Source: a virus (taxonomy: Duplodnaviria; Caudoviricetes). Taken from it: a stretch of DNA of 37,182 nt. Location of the stretch: positions 1 through 37,182 of IMG/VR virus record IMGVR_UViG_3300027653_000005; one strand, written 5' to 3'. Below are positions 1 to 9,756 of this stretch, piece after piece; within the stretch, counting starts at the first letter, position 1, and each line of letters starts with the position of its first letter. The notes below the pieces were generated by a model. That model saw only the letters and a list, made by a program, of their open reading frames with translations, did no database searches and was not told the origin of the DNA. The translations under genes and the position numbers were made by a program.

Positions 1-127
1 CTAAACACCGTAGTAGCGCCCAATTCCTTGGCAAGGTCACGTAATTGATTAAACTCACGCCCAGTAGCTTGCGTGAGTGCACCAACCTTATTCATGCTTT
101 GTTCGAACGCGCCGGACATGTGTAGTA
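1..127. repeat. 127-bp exact terminal direct repeat (copy 1), marking a circular contig
   Basis: Bases 1-127 are identical to 37056-37182 and lie inside the tape measure ORF, which reads through the junction. The length matches a common assembler k-mer overlap. Confidence 0.95.
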
Positions 128-332
128 CGGCCGCGCCCATCGCGGTGAGTGGAACGGTTACGGCCGCAGTCATTCGCGTACCGAGGCGCATAATGTCAGC
201 CGTGCGACGTTGGAACTCTTGCGTAGATTTTTCAGCGAATTGCTTTAACTCGCTTTCAGCGGTTGCCATGCCGGAGCGATACCCCGACAGATCCATCGCT
301 GTGCGAAACTCAAACGTTCCAGCTCTAGCCAC
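1..332 (-). CDS. Tape measure protein, 5' part (wraps across the contig junction)
   Basis: GTG at 332 opens MARAGTFEFRTAMDLSGYRSG...AAVLHMSGAFEQS, in frame with the 34142..37174 ORF. This adds 71 aa, for about 1081 aa in total. Confidence 0.85.
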   Translation of the reverse strand, partial: MARAGTFEFRTAMDLSGYRSGMATAESELKQFAEKSTQEFQRRTADIMRLGTRMTAAVTVPLTAMGAAVLHMSGAFEQSMNKVGALTQATGREFNQLRDLAKELGATTVF

Positions 333-738
333 GAGTCACCACCACCCGCTCCCAATCCACCAACTCAACACACCACGGCGGCAAATCCGCCTTATGTTCC
401 AACAATACCGCACTCACCTCATCCGGGTAAGGCGGCAAGATAATCTCGAACGGGTCGACACTATCCGGCGGTAAGAACTCTACAGGCCGCCACGGGTCAA
501 CCGGACGCGGTGGCTTCGCAGGTTTATCCCCATCCGGGTCAGGCCCCGTATACCTCGGAGTGAACGCATTCGATAACTCCGCCATTAGCATCGCCACGGG
601 GTAATTCACATGCCCACGCACATGCGGCAAGTGATGCAAATAATACGCTAATTGCCGTGGCGTGAGACGCTGCACATCCCACGGCTTCAACCCGTACACC
701 GCCAACAGCTCGGCGAATTCGGGGCCTAGCTCTTTCCC
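325..738 (-). CDS. Tail assembly chaperone GT, frameshifted C-terminal part
   Basis: The -1 frame from the GGGAAAG site is open (GKELGPEFAELLAVYGLKPW...) to the TAG at 325. The fusion with the upstream ORF would be about 254 aa and sits directly before the tape measure gene. Confidence 0.85.
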   Translation of the reverse strand, partial: GKELGPEFAELLAVYGLKPWDVQRLTPRQLAYYLHHLPHVRGHVNYPVAMLMAELSNAFTPRYTGPDPDGDKPAKPPRPVDPWRPVEFLPPDSVDPFEIILPPYPDEVSAVLLEHKADLPPWCVELVDWERVVVTRG

Positions 739-1088
739 TCGACCTCTTCCTCCGCGTCACCTTGGTACCCCGGTAAGCCTACGACAGGCCGACCTTGCAG
801 CACGAGCATCAAGTTATGCACTTGCCGGTCTTGGTAATTTTTCAAATCACCGCCGGTAATTTTCTTTTTCTTATCCCCTTCAACTCGTCGCGCATTCAAC
901 ACATCCGCAATCGCATCAAGGTACGCATCGGCATCGGTCGCAATGTTACGCGCGGCCGCACTCAACTTCTCTTGCTCCGCAAGCGTGACAACACCCCCGC
1001 GAAACTCCCGCCCAGCAACTTCGATTTGCACCTCGGTAAAGAAATCATCCATCCGAAACACGGTGCTACTCACATCTTTCTTGCTCAC
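726..1088 (-). CDS. Tail assembly chaperone G
   Basis: 120-aa ORF between the major tail gene region and the tape measure gene, ending at the slippery site. Confidence 0.8.
   Translation of the reverse strand: MSKKDVSSTVFRMDDFFTEVQIEVAGREFRGGVVTLAEQEKLSAAARNIATDADAYLDAIADVLNARRVEGDKKKKITGGDLKNYQDRQVHNLMLVLQGRPVVGLPGYQGDAEEEVEGKS
732..738 (-). other. Programmed -1 ribosomal frameshift slippery site G GGA AAG
   Basis: The minus strand reads GAG GGA AAG AGC TAG. The heptamer is the same as the lambda G/GT site. Confidence 0.85.
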
Positions 1089-1348
1089 GTTATGACCTCC
1101 AACGTCACATCAAAATACACACTATGCCCAGCGGCACATAACTCATCGGTAAGCATGATGCTCACGCCGTTATTCAACTCAACAACGCCGCCCTCAACGC
1201 CACCATGCACGAAAAGAACGGCCGCAGTCACATGACGCGGCCCCAAACTCTCACCAAGCAGAACAACAATTGGATCTCGCGTGCGCTTCGGTAAACCCCG
1301 ACGCGAACGTGTGTGACGAACCGGGCCAAGCGCACGCGAAACCAACAT
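1085..1348 (-). CDS. Hypothetical protein in the tail module
   Basis: 87-aa ORF translationally coupled to both neighbours (TAATG and GTGA overlaps). Confidence 0.6.
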   Translation of the reverse strand: MLVSRALGPVRHTRSRRGLPKRTRDPIVVLLGESLGPRHVTAAVLFVHGGVEGGVVELNNGVSIMLTDELCAAGHSVYFDVTLEVIT

Positions 1349-2082
1349 TAAGGAGTACCCGCGCCTACAGGCTCAAAACGAGCATCCACCGCCCACTGCA
1401 CCGTGTACGACACGGACACAACGCCATCAGCAGGCTGCCCAAACTGCGTGTTCGTAATAAGCGCTGGGCCTTCAGCCACGCGCGCATCCTCACCATCCGA
1501 ATCCGGTAAAACTTGACGCACCCAGAAAATCGCATTCGTATCCGAATACTTCTCTAACTGGTCGACAATCTCCGATGGATGCCAGAACTCACCCGAACGG
1601 TTCGTAGTAGGAGCAACCGACTGAACAATCGGTTTCTGCACCGTCACACTCCCCGCACGAGGCCCGTGCACGATAGAACCCTGCCGCGTAACCGAGGGGT
1701 TACGACTGAAATCAAGATCCTGTGACCGTAAATCACGGTACAAACCGTTCCAATTGCCCTCATCATTATCGCCCAACGCAGCTTTAAGCCCTTCACCATC
1801 AAGGCCGTCGATTGCTTCAACCTTCAACGTTGTAGCATTCTTCGCAGCCGCCTCCGAAGCGATAACCGTTTGGTTCGGGAACACAATAATTGCGCCCATG
1901 GGAACATCTTCCGGCAACGACTGCACCGCAATGTCTTTATCCCCAATTGCATGCGCCCCGTCAACCTCAACCGTTACAACCGCTGGTGCTTGACCATCCG
2001 CGGTGTACGCCAACTCGATATACCCCGGCAAACCATCAACTTGCTGGGAGTACTTCGCATCTCTTAAACCCATTACCCTCAC
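1348..2082 (-). CDS. Major tail (tube) protein
   Basis: Synteny between the tail terminator and the chaperones; C-terminal tube-like pattern (EGPALITNTQFGQPADGVVSVSYTVQW). The start may be the ATG at 2073. Confidence 0.75.
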   Translation of the reverse strand: MRVMGLRDAKYSQQVDGLPGYIELAYTADGQAPAVVTVEVDGAHAIGDKDIAVQSLPEDVPMGAIIVFPNQTVIASEAAAKNATTLKVEAIDGLDGEGLKAALGDNDEGNWNGLYRDLRSQDLDFSRNPSVTRQGSIVHGPRAGSVTVQKPIVQSVAPTTNRSGEFWHPSEIVDQLEKYSDTNAIFWVRQVLPDSDGEDARVAEGPALITNTQFGQPADGVVSVSYTVQWAVDARFEPVGAGTP

Positions 2083-2510
2083 ACCCCTCTAAAAACTTGA
2101 ATGACCGATTGATCCACCACGCCAAGCTCTGCATTAGCCGGCAAATCCAACGGGTCGGAAACTCTCCGCAAACGCCCCACAATAATCTGTGCAGCTTCGC
2201 GCACTGCCGCGCCCGCAAAGTACTCCGCACTCGCATCGGTGCTGGTATTCCGACCGTGCGGAATTAACCGAATCGTAGCAGAAACCTCTAACCTCTGCCC
2301 GCCATGCACCCGGTGCACCGTGCCTTGCTGGTGCGCATCGACAATAACCTCAAGTCGCTCACCACCCGCTCCAACCTCAAAAACGTAATCACTCGGAGGC
2401 TCCCCCAAGTAAATTGCTGGGAATGTCGCGCCGTTTTTCGCGCGGTAATTCCCCAGCAAGTGCCCCAACCAAGCGGCAAGGTCACTACGTAACGCAATAA
2501 TATCAATCAC
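2079..2510 (-). CDS. Putative tail terminator / tail completion protein
   Basis: 143 aa, immediately upstream of the major tail gene. Confidence 0.55.
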   Translation of the reverse strand: MIDIIALRSDLAAWLGHLLGNYRAKNGATFPAIYLGEPPSDYVFEVGAGGERLEVIVDAHQQGTVHRVHGGQRLEVSATIRLIPHGRNTSTDASAEYFAGAAVREAAQIIVGRLRRVSDPLDLPANAELGVVDQSVIQVFRGV

Positions 2511-2935
2511 GGTAATCGACGCTCCAGAATCGTTTCAGCCGATAACGCGAACGCCTCTGCGAACGACCAACGCTTAAACGCCTCTTCCGTCCACCGACGA
2601 GCAGGCAACACCGTGCCATTACTAAGCCGAGCGCCTTCATGCACGTACAGCGCGTACTCCGCAGTCCAGAAGTGAGCGTACACGGTCGGAGACACCTTAT
2701 TCCCAACGTGAGACCCAAGTAACTGACCCATGTCAACAATGTTACGAGGCGAACCCGCCTCACCACGCCGACGCTTAGTCACACGAGGCCACGGATACCA
2801 ATTAGACTCAATCGCACGGTCAAACTGTGCTTTCGCCATCTCATTCGTCACCGCGAACGCCTCAACAAGCGCATCCTCAATCTCACGAGTATTAATCTCA
2901 AGGCGATACAACGGCCCCGTAAAAACCCGCGACAT
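2507..2935 (-). CDS. HK97 gp10-like neck/tail completion protein
   Basis: Motifs RNIVDMGQLLGS, AEYALYVHEG and PARRW, plus synteny. Confidence 0.7.
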   Translation of the reverse strand: MSRVFTGPLYRLEINTREIEDALVEAFAVTNEMAKAQFDRAIESNWYPWPRVTKRRRGEAGSPRNIVDMGQLLGSHVGNKVSPTVYAHFWTAEYALYVHEGARLSNGTVLPARRWTEEAFKRWSFAEAFALSAETILERRLP

Positions 2936-2936
2936 C

Positions 2937-3389
2937 TTAATTCTCCCTCGAGTACGAACTTATGTAAAGCTCCCAATACTCGTTAGAATCAAGCTGTAAA
3001 TAATCAGGATGATCCGTTATCAGCAAATCACCTTCGAAATACGTGCCGAAATCAACACCAACAATATCCGGAGTGATAAGCGACGTGATAGTCATCATGC
3101 CCGCGTACCCGTTGTACTCCACAGCTACTTGCTCACCAACACCTATCCCCGGAGGGAACAAGCGCGGCACCACCAAATCACCACGGAACTTAATCACTTT
3201 CGGGTCAACGCCCGGCTCGTACCGGAGCTGTGTAGCCTTGAACGGTGCAGCGTGAGCTTGCAACACGACAATATCCCCGGCATCTTGCACCGGGTTGCCC
3301 GTGACAGGGTCAACACCACCCGCGCCGGGCTTTAACCACCGGAGCAGTACGCGCTCAAATGGCGCACCGGCCATTACAGACTGGCTCAC
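2937..3389 (-). CDS. Putative head-closure (stopper) protein with a C-terminal extension
   Basis: GVDPVTGNP loop typical of head-closure proteins; follows the adaptor gene; extra C-terminal motif (see findings). Confidence 0.6.
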   Translation of the reverse strand: MSQSVMAGAPFERVLLRWLKPGAGGVDPVTGNPVQDAGDIVVLQAHAAPFKATQLRYEPGVDPKVIKFRGDLVVPRLFPPGIGVGEQVAVEYNGYAGMMTITSLITPDIVGVDFGTYFEGDLLITDHPDYLQLDSNEYWELYISSYSREN

Positions 3390-3727
3390 AGCACTACCTT
3401 AAACACGTTCGACCCGCCAAGACCATCAGGAACGTTACATAAGTCTTTATCGAACGCCTGTTGCGTACCCTCCGCCCATCTCTGCGCAGACGCTACGCTA
3501 CCGAACTCCACAGCCGACCCCGAAGCCGACCGTAAAGACTTGTACTGATTCCAACGCATACCGAACAAACCAGCAAGCACCGCGTACGGCCGATACACCG
3601 TATCTCCCGTATCGCAATCCTTACCCGCAGTTTGCTCCAGCAATAACTCTGCATCGGCGGGAACAGGTGAGAAATACGCCGCAATAACCTCCAACGCATC
3701 ATTAATGTCAGTCAGATCTTGCGCCAC
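3386..3727 (-). CDS. Putative head-tail adaptor
   Basis: 113-aa helical ORF, first of the connector genes. Confidence 0.55.
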   Translation of the reverse strand: MAQDLTDINDALEVIAAYFSPVPADAELLLEQTAGKDCDTGDTVYRPYAVLAGLFGMRWNQYKSLRSASGSAVEFGSVASAQRWAEGTQQAFDKDLCNVPDGLGGSNVFKVVL

Positions 3728-3739
3728 AACTCACCACCC

Positions 3740-4072
3740 CTATTTTTTGGCCTTACTCACTGCTTTGCGTTTCGGCTTCGCTTTGGGCTTCGCTTTGGCT
3801 TCATCTTGACTTGAATTATCCGCGTTATCTGCCGAGGCTTCGGGATTATCCCTTTGTTCGGGAACCTCTTTAGCGGTGGAAATTGTCGCCGCTTCCTGTG
3901 CCTCTTTCAATACCGGGGCCTCATCAATAATCTCAACAACACCATTACCAGCCCATTGCGTCGCTAAATCGCTCTGCATCTCTAGGCTATCACCAATAGC
4001 ACGACGTGGCCCGTCCGGATGCGGGTAACGCTTCCGCATCAAGAACCGCACCCGAACGGACCCGCGACTCAT
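3740..4072 (-). CDS. Hypothetical protein with an acidic linker and Lys-rich tail
   Basis: 110 aa ending AKAKPKAKPKRKAVSKAKK, downstream of the capsid gene. Confidence 0.6.
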   Translation of the reverse strand: MSRGSVRVRFLMRKRYPHPDGPRRAIGDSLEMQSDLATQWAGNGVVEIIDEAPVLKEAQEAATISTAKEVPEQRDNPEASADNADNSSQDEAKAKPKAKPKRKAVSKAKK

Positions 4073-4410
4073 GCGTAAATCCAGCGGTAGTACACACTGG
4101 CTTCAAGGCCGGCCTGCGCCGTGGCATTCGTCACCGCAACAGACTCACCAGCAAGCACGTACCCCGCGCCCTCCGCTACGAACGTACCAGCGCTATCAGA
4201 TTCAACGCCTGCCGCGATAGCCGTTTCACCGGAATCATGCAACACGTTAATCGTGACCTCCGCGCCTGCCGTAGCAGAACCTTTATTGATAACGAGAATC
4301 GGGTCGAAAACAATCACGTCGCGCCCAGTATCATTCTTCCAGACAGCGTGCGTTTCGCCACTATCAAGGTTATCAAGCTCGAACTTCACCGCTCCAGTTA
4401 ATGCACTCAT
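4069..4410 (-). CDS. Putative capsid decoration / head protein
   Basis: Beta-rich 113-aa ORF directly after the major capsid gene; SD AAGGAAGG before the ATG at 4410. Confidence 0.5.
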   Translation of the reverse strand: MSALTGAVKFELDNLDSGETHAVWKNDTGRDVIVFDPILVINKGSATAGAEVTINVLHDSGETAIAAGVESDSAGTFVAEGAGYVLAGESVAVTNATAQAGLEASVYYRWIYA

Positions 4411-4425
4411 AACCAATACCCTTCC

Positions 4426-5406
4426 TTACGAAGCCTTCAGAACACTGAACGGATAACGAGTGGACTCGTTCTCATTCAAGCGGTTAATCGGGTTCGGCAA
4501 CTGCCAACCAAGGCGCATCACGGCACGAAGCGCAACCATATCCTGCTGCGCCAAGTTGTAAATAATCTGCCCTTGATTATCAGTAATGACGGACTCGGTG
4601 AGCACCTTGTACGTCATTTCTTGACGAATCGAATACACCAGCTGAGAGAAATCACCCGCAATCATCAACGTGTTCGCATCAAGCGCGCCAATGCGATCCC
4701 AGTACATCGGGGAGCCATCAAGCTCATACACCGAAGCGCCCTGCACGTCACGACGATCAGGTGAGCGATGGAAAATTGGAACACCGGCATTAATTGCCTG
4801 CGTACCATCCCAAACCTGCTCACGCAACCCACGAAGCTTCGCACGCATCGTAGTTTGCGCCAGGTACCCGCTAACGAAGAACCCGTCGCTTTCAACGAAA
4901 TCAACAAGGCCGCCTTCGCCGAGAATATCGTTATACAGGTCGCCTTTATCGCCAATCGTCAAGACCTGCCCAGCACCGGTAGCGCCTGTGAAAATATCAT
5001 CCGGCCAAGCCGCAGGCGCGCCCTCGCCAACAAGCACCGCCGCGTCAAACGTTTTCGCAAACGCTTCCTCAACGCGCGGACGAATCTGACCCCACATGTC
5101 GTACTCGCTATCATCCAACACGGCTTCAGGGATCGGCATGATAACCGCAATCTCCTCCGCGTGAATGAACTTATTCTCCCAAGCCTGCTTACTCGTTTGC
5201 TTCAAGCCCGTATCGCCATCAACGAAATGAGCTTGCGGCAACTGATTAAGCACCGGAATCCGATGCGTTTTGCTTGACATGTTTTGCAAGCGAGTACCGA
5301 GCTGCATCACGACGCTTTTTTCAACAACGCCCTGAACAATCTCATTTGCTTGCGTAACCGGAATAAGTGCCGCCGCATCACTGCGGTCAGTAATAACTAC
5401 ACTCAT
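4426..5406 (-). CDS. Major capsid protein (HK97 fold)
   Basis: Motifs ALIP, AEEIAVIMPIPEAVLDDS, GDFSQLVYSIRQ and NLAQQDMVALRAVMRLGWQ, plus synteny. Confidence 0.92.
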   Translation of the reverse strand: MSVVITDRSDAAALIPVTQANEIVQGVVEKSVVMQLGTRLQNMSSKTHRIPVLNQLPQAHFVDGDTGLKQTSKQAWENKFIHAEEIAVIMPIPEAVLDDSEYDMWGQIRPRVEEAFAKTFDAAVLVGEGAPAAWPDDIFTGATGAGQVLTIGDKGDLYNDILGEGGLVDFVESDGFFVSGYLAQTTMRAKLRGLREQVWDGTQAINAGVPIFHRSPDRRDVQGASVYELDGSPMYWDRIGALDANTLMIAGDFSQLVYSIRQEMTYKVLTESVITDNQGQIIYNLAQQDMVALRAVMRLGWQLPNPINRLNENESTRYPFSVLKAS

Positions 5407-5426
5407 GAATCAACCACCCCTAAAAA

Positions 5427-5939
5427 TTACCGCCCCGCAGCTTTGCGCAGAACAGCATTCATATCTGTCGCCTCTGGTGCTTTGCCACCCGAAGCAACCG
5501 GAGCCGGACCGCTCTTCACAACAGCAAACATGGGATTATCCGCCAAGAACTTCTCGACATCAATCACCCCATCCTTGCCAATATGCGCATCTTCAAGCAA
5601 AAGCAACGCCTTTTCAGGAGCCGCTACCTTACCAGCAAGTTGCGCAACCCGTCGCGACTGCAACGCTTCAGCTTTCGCCGTCGCATTCTCCTCCTCAAGT
5701 GCTTGCAATCGCTCTTGCAATTGCTCAACCTCACTCAAAGAACTTTTCGCAGCTTTCTTCTCCGCCAATAACTTTTCGTTATGGCCTCGGAGGCGTTCAA
5801 CCTCTGCCTGTAACGCATCGACATCCACCGGAGTATCGACACTTTCAGGAGTTTCGACTGCCTCTTGCTCGACGGGAACATCCGCATCGACCGCTGCATC
5901 AGTCTTGACCTCTTGCTCCAAGCCTTGATCCGTACCCAT
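5427..5939 (-). CDS. Capsid scaffolding protein
   Basis: Acidic N-terminus, coiled coil and C-terminal DMNAVLRKAAGR; SD GGAGG before the ATG at 5939. Confidence 0.75.
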   Translation of the reverse strand: MGTDQGLEQEVKTDAAVDADVPVEQEAVETPESVDTPVDVDALQAEVERLRGHNEKLLAEKKAAKSSLSEVEQLQERLQALEEENATAKAEALQSRRVAQLAGKVAAPEKALLLLEDAHIGKDGVIDVEKFLADNPMFAVVKSGPAPVASGGKAPEATDMNAVLRKAAGR

Positions 5940-5999
5940 AACCCAAACCTCCACAGCCCACAGGGCAAGCGCCACCAGCGCCTATACATGGATAATACA

Positions 6000-6989
6000 C
6001 TACTTGCGCCACTTCGCCACGTCAACAGGCTTAGGCGGTGCCGTGCGACCACGCCACACCTCTGACGGTGCAACGCCTTGCAACGGTTTCTCTTCCGCTC
6101 GCTTCACAGTCTCCGCATGGTGCTCATCAAGCCATGAAATGTCATCCGCACCGCTCTCCACGAACTCTTTACGAACTGCCGCCGTCGTGCACCGGCAATT
6201 CGGATGAAATGGTAACTGAATATCCTCACGCCGATACACCTTCCCGCTTCGCCATGCGCAGTACCCGCACACGCGGTCATCAGCCGTTGCAAGGACAATC
6301 ACGAAGTCGACATTATCCTCTTCGTATTGCTCATTGCGAGCGGTATCGATAGCTTCCATCGACTCGGTGCGTACAATTCGTTCCGCCGAGTAATGCGTGA
6401 GGCCAGTCGCCTTGCGAACTTCGCGAGACATTTTGCCCCACCCCGTGCCAGCAACCGCGCCATCAATAATAATTCCCTCAATAATTCGCGCCGTTTCCTC
6501 CGTGTGCTGCAACAAACGAGCCAACCCGTTCGCCACGCGAGCATCACCAATCGACGTGAGTCGAGCCTCAACACGCGCACTCGCCACAATCTGCCCCACG
6601 TTAAGCATCGGAGCAATCACCGACCTTGGAACACCCGAAGCGGCCTGCACCAACGCACTCGCCTGTGCACGACCCAACGCGGTAGCCTCCGCATCCAGTG
6701 CCGACAACGCCGCGAGTGTTTCCGCCCTATCAAGCTGCAAAGCGTCACGACTCGCCCGCACCTGATCCAACAACGAACGCACCATAGCTTCACGAACCTG
6801 CGCAGACTCAACACCCGCCGAGCGCGCACGAGCCGACAACCGCTCCAACTCAACGAGAAAACGAACCTCGGAACGATTAAGCGACTGCACAATACGGCGA
6901 ATCGCTTCACGCTCCAATTGACGCGCGGCGGAATCAAACCGCCGCACAATCAACTCAATTAGGGCCAGGCTCACCCGGATCACGTCCAA
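6000..6989 (-). CDS. Minor head protein (SPP1 gp7 / Mu gpF family)
   Basis: Motifs AERIVRTE, DDRVCGYC and PFHPNCRC. The true start may be the GTG at 6974. Confidence 0.88.
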   Translation of the reverse strand: MDVIRVSLALIELIVRRFDSAARQLEREAIRRIVQSLNRSEVRFLVELERLSARARSAGVESAQVREAMVRSLLDQVRASRDALQLDRAETLAALSALDAEATALGRAQASALVQAASGVPRSVIAPMLNVGQIVASARVEARLTSIGDARVANGLARLLQHTEETARIIEGIIIDGAVAGTGWGKMSREVRKATGLTHYSAERIVRTESMEAIDTARNEQYEEDNVDFVIVLATADDRVCGYCAWRSGKVYRREDIQLPFHPNCRCTTAAVRKEFVESGADDISWLDEHHAETVKRAEEKPLQGVAPSEVWRGRTAPPKPVDVAKWRK

Positions 6990-8310
6990 ACGCTAACGGT
7001 TCACCACCAGCATCAATACCTAGCTCTTCACTGCCGAGCTTCGACCGCTCCGCCTCCGCAGTCAACCACTCCTCAACCTCTTCCGCATCCCACGTTGGAA
7101 CATACCCAGCGAATGCACGAACAGCGGCGCCGAAATCGATAAGGCCTTCACGCCACCCGGCAATGAGCCAATCAAGCTCTTGCTGCCGCACCCGCTCTTT
7201 CGATGGCTGCACATTAATCGCAACACCCGCACCAAGCCCTTCAGCGATGGCGTAATCATCCACCAATTGCGTAAGCACAAACGATAAATCACGAGCAAGC
7301 TCACGACAAGCCGCCATGTACTGCGCATTCGCCTCTGCAAGCGCCTCACCACTCGGTACCTGCCCACGGCCAATCTCACCCATCAAACTGGCATCTTGCC
7401 GCAACCGAGAAACCTTCCGGTCGTGATGCTCATGCATCTGCGACATATCGCCCGGTAGCAGGAAGCTTGCGTCACCATCTTTCAACATGCGAATAATTCG
7501 CGTCGGGCCACGCTCATCCACCGCCACCTCACCTTTCGTAACGAGCTGCGGGAACGCCGTAGCTTCCTCAACACGATCACTACGCACCTGACTGGCCCAA
7601 TCGGAACGAATCAGCGGAGCAAGCGCGGCAATAAGACCGCGCGGGTACCCGTCACTGTCAGTATCAACAATTCGAAACCGAGGAATCGGCGCGCCCGCCG
7701 GGAACTCTTGCGACGCCGCGACCACAACCGCCGTGGATAATTTTGGAATCTTCGTTAAATCGGTCGTTTCGAGCTGATACATCGTGCCGCCAAGGTCATA
7801 CACCCGAATTACTTGCGTGCCATTCTTATCGCCCGGTTTCGCCCAAATCTGCGCGAGGCCGATAATCTCCGCAGGACTTTCCGCCGAAAACACCGGCTCC
7901 ACATACCCCTGCAACGCCTCTGCACGAACCACGCCATCAAGACCACGGCGAACAACGCCGGCAATAATCCCAAGCACATTCCCGTCATCCAAAATGGAGC
8001 GAGCAAGACCTTCAATGTTCAAATCGCCTTCCAACCGCTCATCAAGCGCCTCGTTATCCCCGCCCCATTCGACTTCGCCAATTGTGCCCACGCGAATATC
8101 CCGCAACATGCGAAAACCCATGCTTTGCGCCTGCCTGCTTAAACGCTCAACATCAGGCCGTGACTGTTCACTAATATCCGGGAATAATCGCGCCCAGTCA
8201 CGAGGCCGCTCATTTTTCGCCCACGCCAAGGCTTCCACCGCGCGATCCAAACGGTTCGACACGCCCGTCAAGCTTATTTGCAAATCATTATCCGTAATCA
8301 CCAACACCAC
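6955..8310 (-). CDS. Portal protein
   Basis: 451 aa between terL and the gpF-like gene; AFPQLV and PSGEAL motifs are SPP1 gp6-like. Confidence 0.8.
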   Translation of the reverse strand: MVLVITDNDLQISLTGVSNRLDRAVEALAWAKNERPRDWARLFPDISEQSRPDVERLSRQAQSMGFRMLRDIRVGTIGEVEWGGDNEALDERLEGDLNIEGLARSILDDGNVLGIIAGVVRRGLDGVVRAEALQGYVEPVFSAESPAEIIGLAQIWAKPGDKNGTQVIRVYDLGGTMYQLETTDLTKIPKLSTAVVVAASQEFPAGAPIPRFRIVDTDSDGYPRGLIAALAPLIRSDWASQVRSDRVEEATAFPQLVTKGEVAVDERGPTRIIRMLKDGDASFLLPGDMSQMHEHHDRKVSRLRQDASLMGEIGRGQVPSGEALAEANAQYMAACRELARDLSFVLTQLVDDYAIAEGLGAGVAINVQPSKERVRQQELDWLIAGWREGLIDFGAAVRAFAGYVPTWDAEEVEEWLTAEAERSKLGSEELGIDAGGEPLAFGRDPGEPGPN

Positions 8311-8316
8311 CCCGAC

Positions 8317-9747
8317 CTATACATAAATCTTCGCGGCTTGCTCCGCACTTGCGAACCGCTCCCTACCGTGCAGCTTATCAATCGCAGCAGCCAAGGCATC
8401 CACGCGGTCATCCACCTCATCGCCCGTACCCGTGAAACTATTCATCTCCGCAATGTGACTATTCAACCAAGTCGCTCCCGCCGGGAGCGGAACGTTACCC
8501 GCATTCCACTCCACCGCCGCATTCACTGACCTATCGAGCTTATCGGTACTTGCAGGCATCGCGTCAACCCGGATACCGTTTTGCTCAAGCAACGCCGCCA
8601 TGCCTTTCTCCGTGCCGGATAAGTACCACGATACTTCCCGCACACCACGAGCTTTCAAGTGAGCAATAACCTCTTGCGGCGTGAATTGCCCCCGAACCTC
8701 CTCCATCACATAAGTCGTAGAGGGGTCACGGTTGTACACTCTGCACCGAAGCGCAACAGTGTAATCCGACGTAGTTTTAGACGTGTACGCCGAGTCGAAC
8801 CCCCACGCCTCTCTGTACGGCCCCATGTTCCGCAAATCACTCGGTTCGTACAAGCGATGACCAAGGAACACTGCCGCACCATCCGGTAACGGTTGCCCCA
8901 TGTAGAGTGCTTCCCAATCGGCGGGTAGCATGAATCTTTTCTGCCGCATGAGCCATTCATACGGCCGCTCCTCGGGCCACAACGCTTCGCCATCCGTAAT
9001 GGCGGGCAGGTTAATCTCCTCATACTCCTCGCCCATCTCATCCAAGACCCAGCCGATGGGATCCATTAGGTGCCAACGAGTACCAACGAGGAACAAAGAC
9101 GCGCCGGGATGCAAGCGACTCATCACCGTGCCGCTTATGAACTCACGCACCTGTTTCTGGTGAGCAAGCGACGCCGCCTCTTTACGGCCCTTCACAAGGT
9201 CATCAAGTACCATCCACCCGTCAACCGCTGAACCCGTCATTTTCCCACCAACACTGGTGTAAATAATCCTGCCTTCGCCCCGGCCTTGGTAATCATGCAA
9301 CACCCAACGACGCTGCGACGGTTTCCGATGCTTAAAAGACACCCGCGCCTGCATCGCCAACACACCCGCATCCGCCGACTGCTGATCCGACAAGTCTTGC
9401 GAATACGTCGCATACGCCGAACGCAAATACGGCTTGCGCCCCGCCAACCAAATCAACCCAGCAAGCAGCGCCGTCGACTTACCGTGCTGCGGTGGCACAC
9501 TAATCACCGCACGCACCTCTTCCCCCGCCTCTGCACGAGTCATCGCATCCAGAATCGGCTCCAAGTGATCCGGCGGCTTCAACCCGAACGATTGAATAAA
9601 CTCACGAATCGGTAACGCGAAACGCTTACGCCTACGTCGCTCACGCTCAATCTCAATAACCACGCGCTCATGCTCACGTTGCGTCAACGGTGATAAAGGC
9701 AACCCACGCTCCAAGTTATGAGCCACAAGTGCTGTTTCATCTACCAT
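8317..9747 (-). CDS. terL: Terminase large subunit
   Basis: Walker A PPQHGKS, Walker B MVLDD, TRWH motif, and nuclease motifs FDSAYT and DDRVDAL. Confidence 0.95.
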   Translation of the reverse strand: MVDETALVAHNLERGLPLSPLTQREHERVVIEIERERRRRKRFALPIREFIQSFGLKPPDHLEPILDAMTRAEAGEEVRAVISVPPQHGKSTALLAGLIWLAGRKPYLRSAYATYSQDLSDQQSADAGVLAMQARVSFKHRKPSQRRWVLHDYQGRGEGRIIYTSVGGKMTGSAVDGWMVLDDLVKGRKEAASLAHQKQVREFISGTVMSRLHPGASLFLVGTRWHLMDPIGWVLDEMGEEYEEINLPAITDGEALWPEERPYEWLMRQKRFMLPADWEALYMGQPLPDGAAVFLGHRLYEPSDLRNMGPYREAWGFDSAYTSKTTSDYTVALRCRVYNRDPSTTYVMEEVRGQFTPQEVIAHLKARGVREVSWYLSGTEKGMAALLEQNGIRVDAMPASTDKLDRSVNAAVEWNAGNVPLPAGATWLNSHIAEMNSFTGTGDEVDDRVDALAAAIDKLHGRERFASAEQAAKIYV

Positions 9748-9756
9748 AAGTGACCC

